64,000 nucleotides of DNA from Azolla caroliniana. Taxonomy: Eukaryota > Plantae > Polypodiophyta. The first letter of the stretch is position 1. Every line of letters begins with the position of its first letter. The position numbers and the translations under genes are program-made. This document shows positions 63,531 to 64,000 of the stretch, piece by piece. Location: contig JBHGNT010000001.1 in NCBI GenBank assembly GCA_043228905.1, positions 18,042,001-18,106,000 of the forward strand. Reading direction: 5' to 3'. Below the pieces are notes generated by a model that was not told the origin of the DNA, ran no database searches, and worked only from the letters and a program-made list of their open reading frames with translations.

Positions 63531-63789
63531 CGAACGAGGTTGGACGTGGACGGACAGAAGATTGGATCATGCAACAAACTAAAGTGAAGTGAAGTAAACT
63601 AAAATAAAGGTCATGTGGACAGTCGCATGCAACTAAAAGAAAAAGCTAAGCAACTAAAAGTAGAGGCCATGCAACAAAAAGTGGACATGTAGATGATCAA
63701 GGGAAAACTCCATATAAAATTCCATTTTTTTTCCTACACTCATACTCTCTCTCCATTATTTTTCTTTTCCTTCTCAACTCCCTTATCTT

Positions 63790-63940
63790 AGGGAGGCCAT
63801 AACTCTCATAAACCCCAAAATTCCCTACGAAAGCCATAACACTCAAAAACCCTAATCTTCCCTACGGAAGCCATAATACTCATATAACCTAATCCTAATT
63901 TTCCCTATGGAAGCCATATCTCTCAAAACCCCTAATTTTT
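63790..63940. repeat. About four 40-bp tandem repeats (GGAAGCCATAA.ACTCA.AAACCCTAAT.TTCCCTA)
   Basis: Direct observation. Confidence 0.75.
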
Positions 63941-64000
63941 CTTTTCTATTAATCTTAGTAAACCTAAAACTTCTAAATCCCAATCTTGGGACATATTGTA

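Noticed and set aside
63113-63570. Overlapping repetitive ORFs
   Set aside because: These arise from a stop-poor CCGG tandem repeat, with no evidence of coding.

Overview
Eukaryotic land-plant nuclear DNA. A non-seed plant such as a fern is plausible from the retroelement types, but that is only inference. Two host genes are present: a complete 8-exon chloroplast-targeted ORANGE (OR) family gene (22232-26557, with a GC-AG intron), and the first nine exons of a plastid MutS2-like gene (29263-32514). The MutS2-like gene's next intron runs into more than 30 kb of nested LTR retrotransposons. Most of the rest is transposable elements: at least six Ty1/copia copies or fragments, several Ty3/gypsy fragments, solo LTRs with target-site duplications (TSDs), a very young gag-only LTR element (11854-15159) and a non-autonomous element with a tRNA-Trp primer site. 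The most unusual region is about 5.2-18.9 kb. There a spliced Sola2-like DNA-transposase gene with its catalytic core deleted converges on a spliced accessory gene encoding a RING-H2 finger and a degenerate FCP1/NIF-like phosphatase domain. Introns of both genes are filled with a satellite built from the palindrome TAGCTAATTAGCTA. The main copia family also has an in-frame TGA at the same codon in 4 of 4 copies, a duplicated polypurine tract (PPT) with an LTR-like coding extension, and a hairpin enclosing the PPT. Coordinates were read by eye and may be off by a few bases. Family names come from motif recognition, not database searches.
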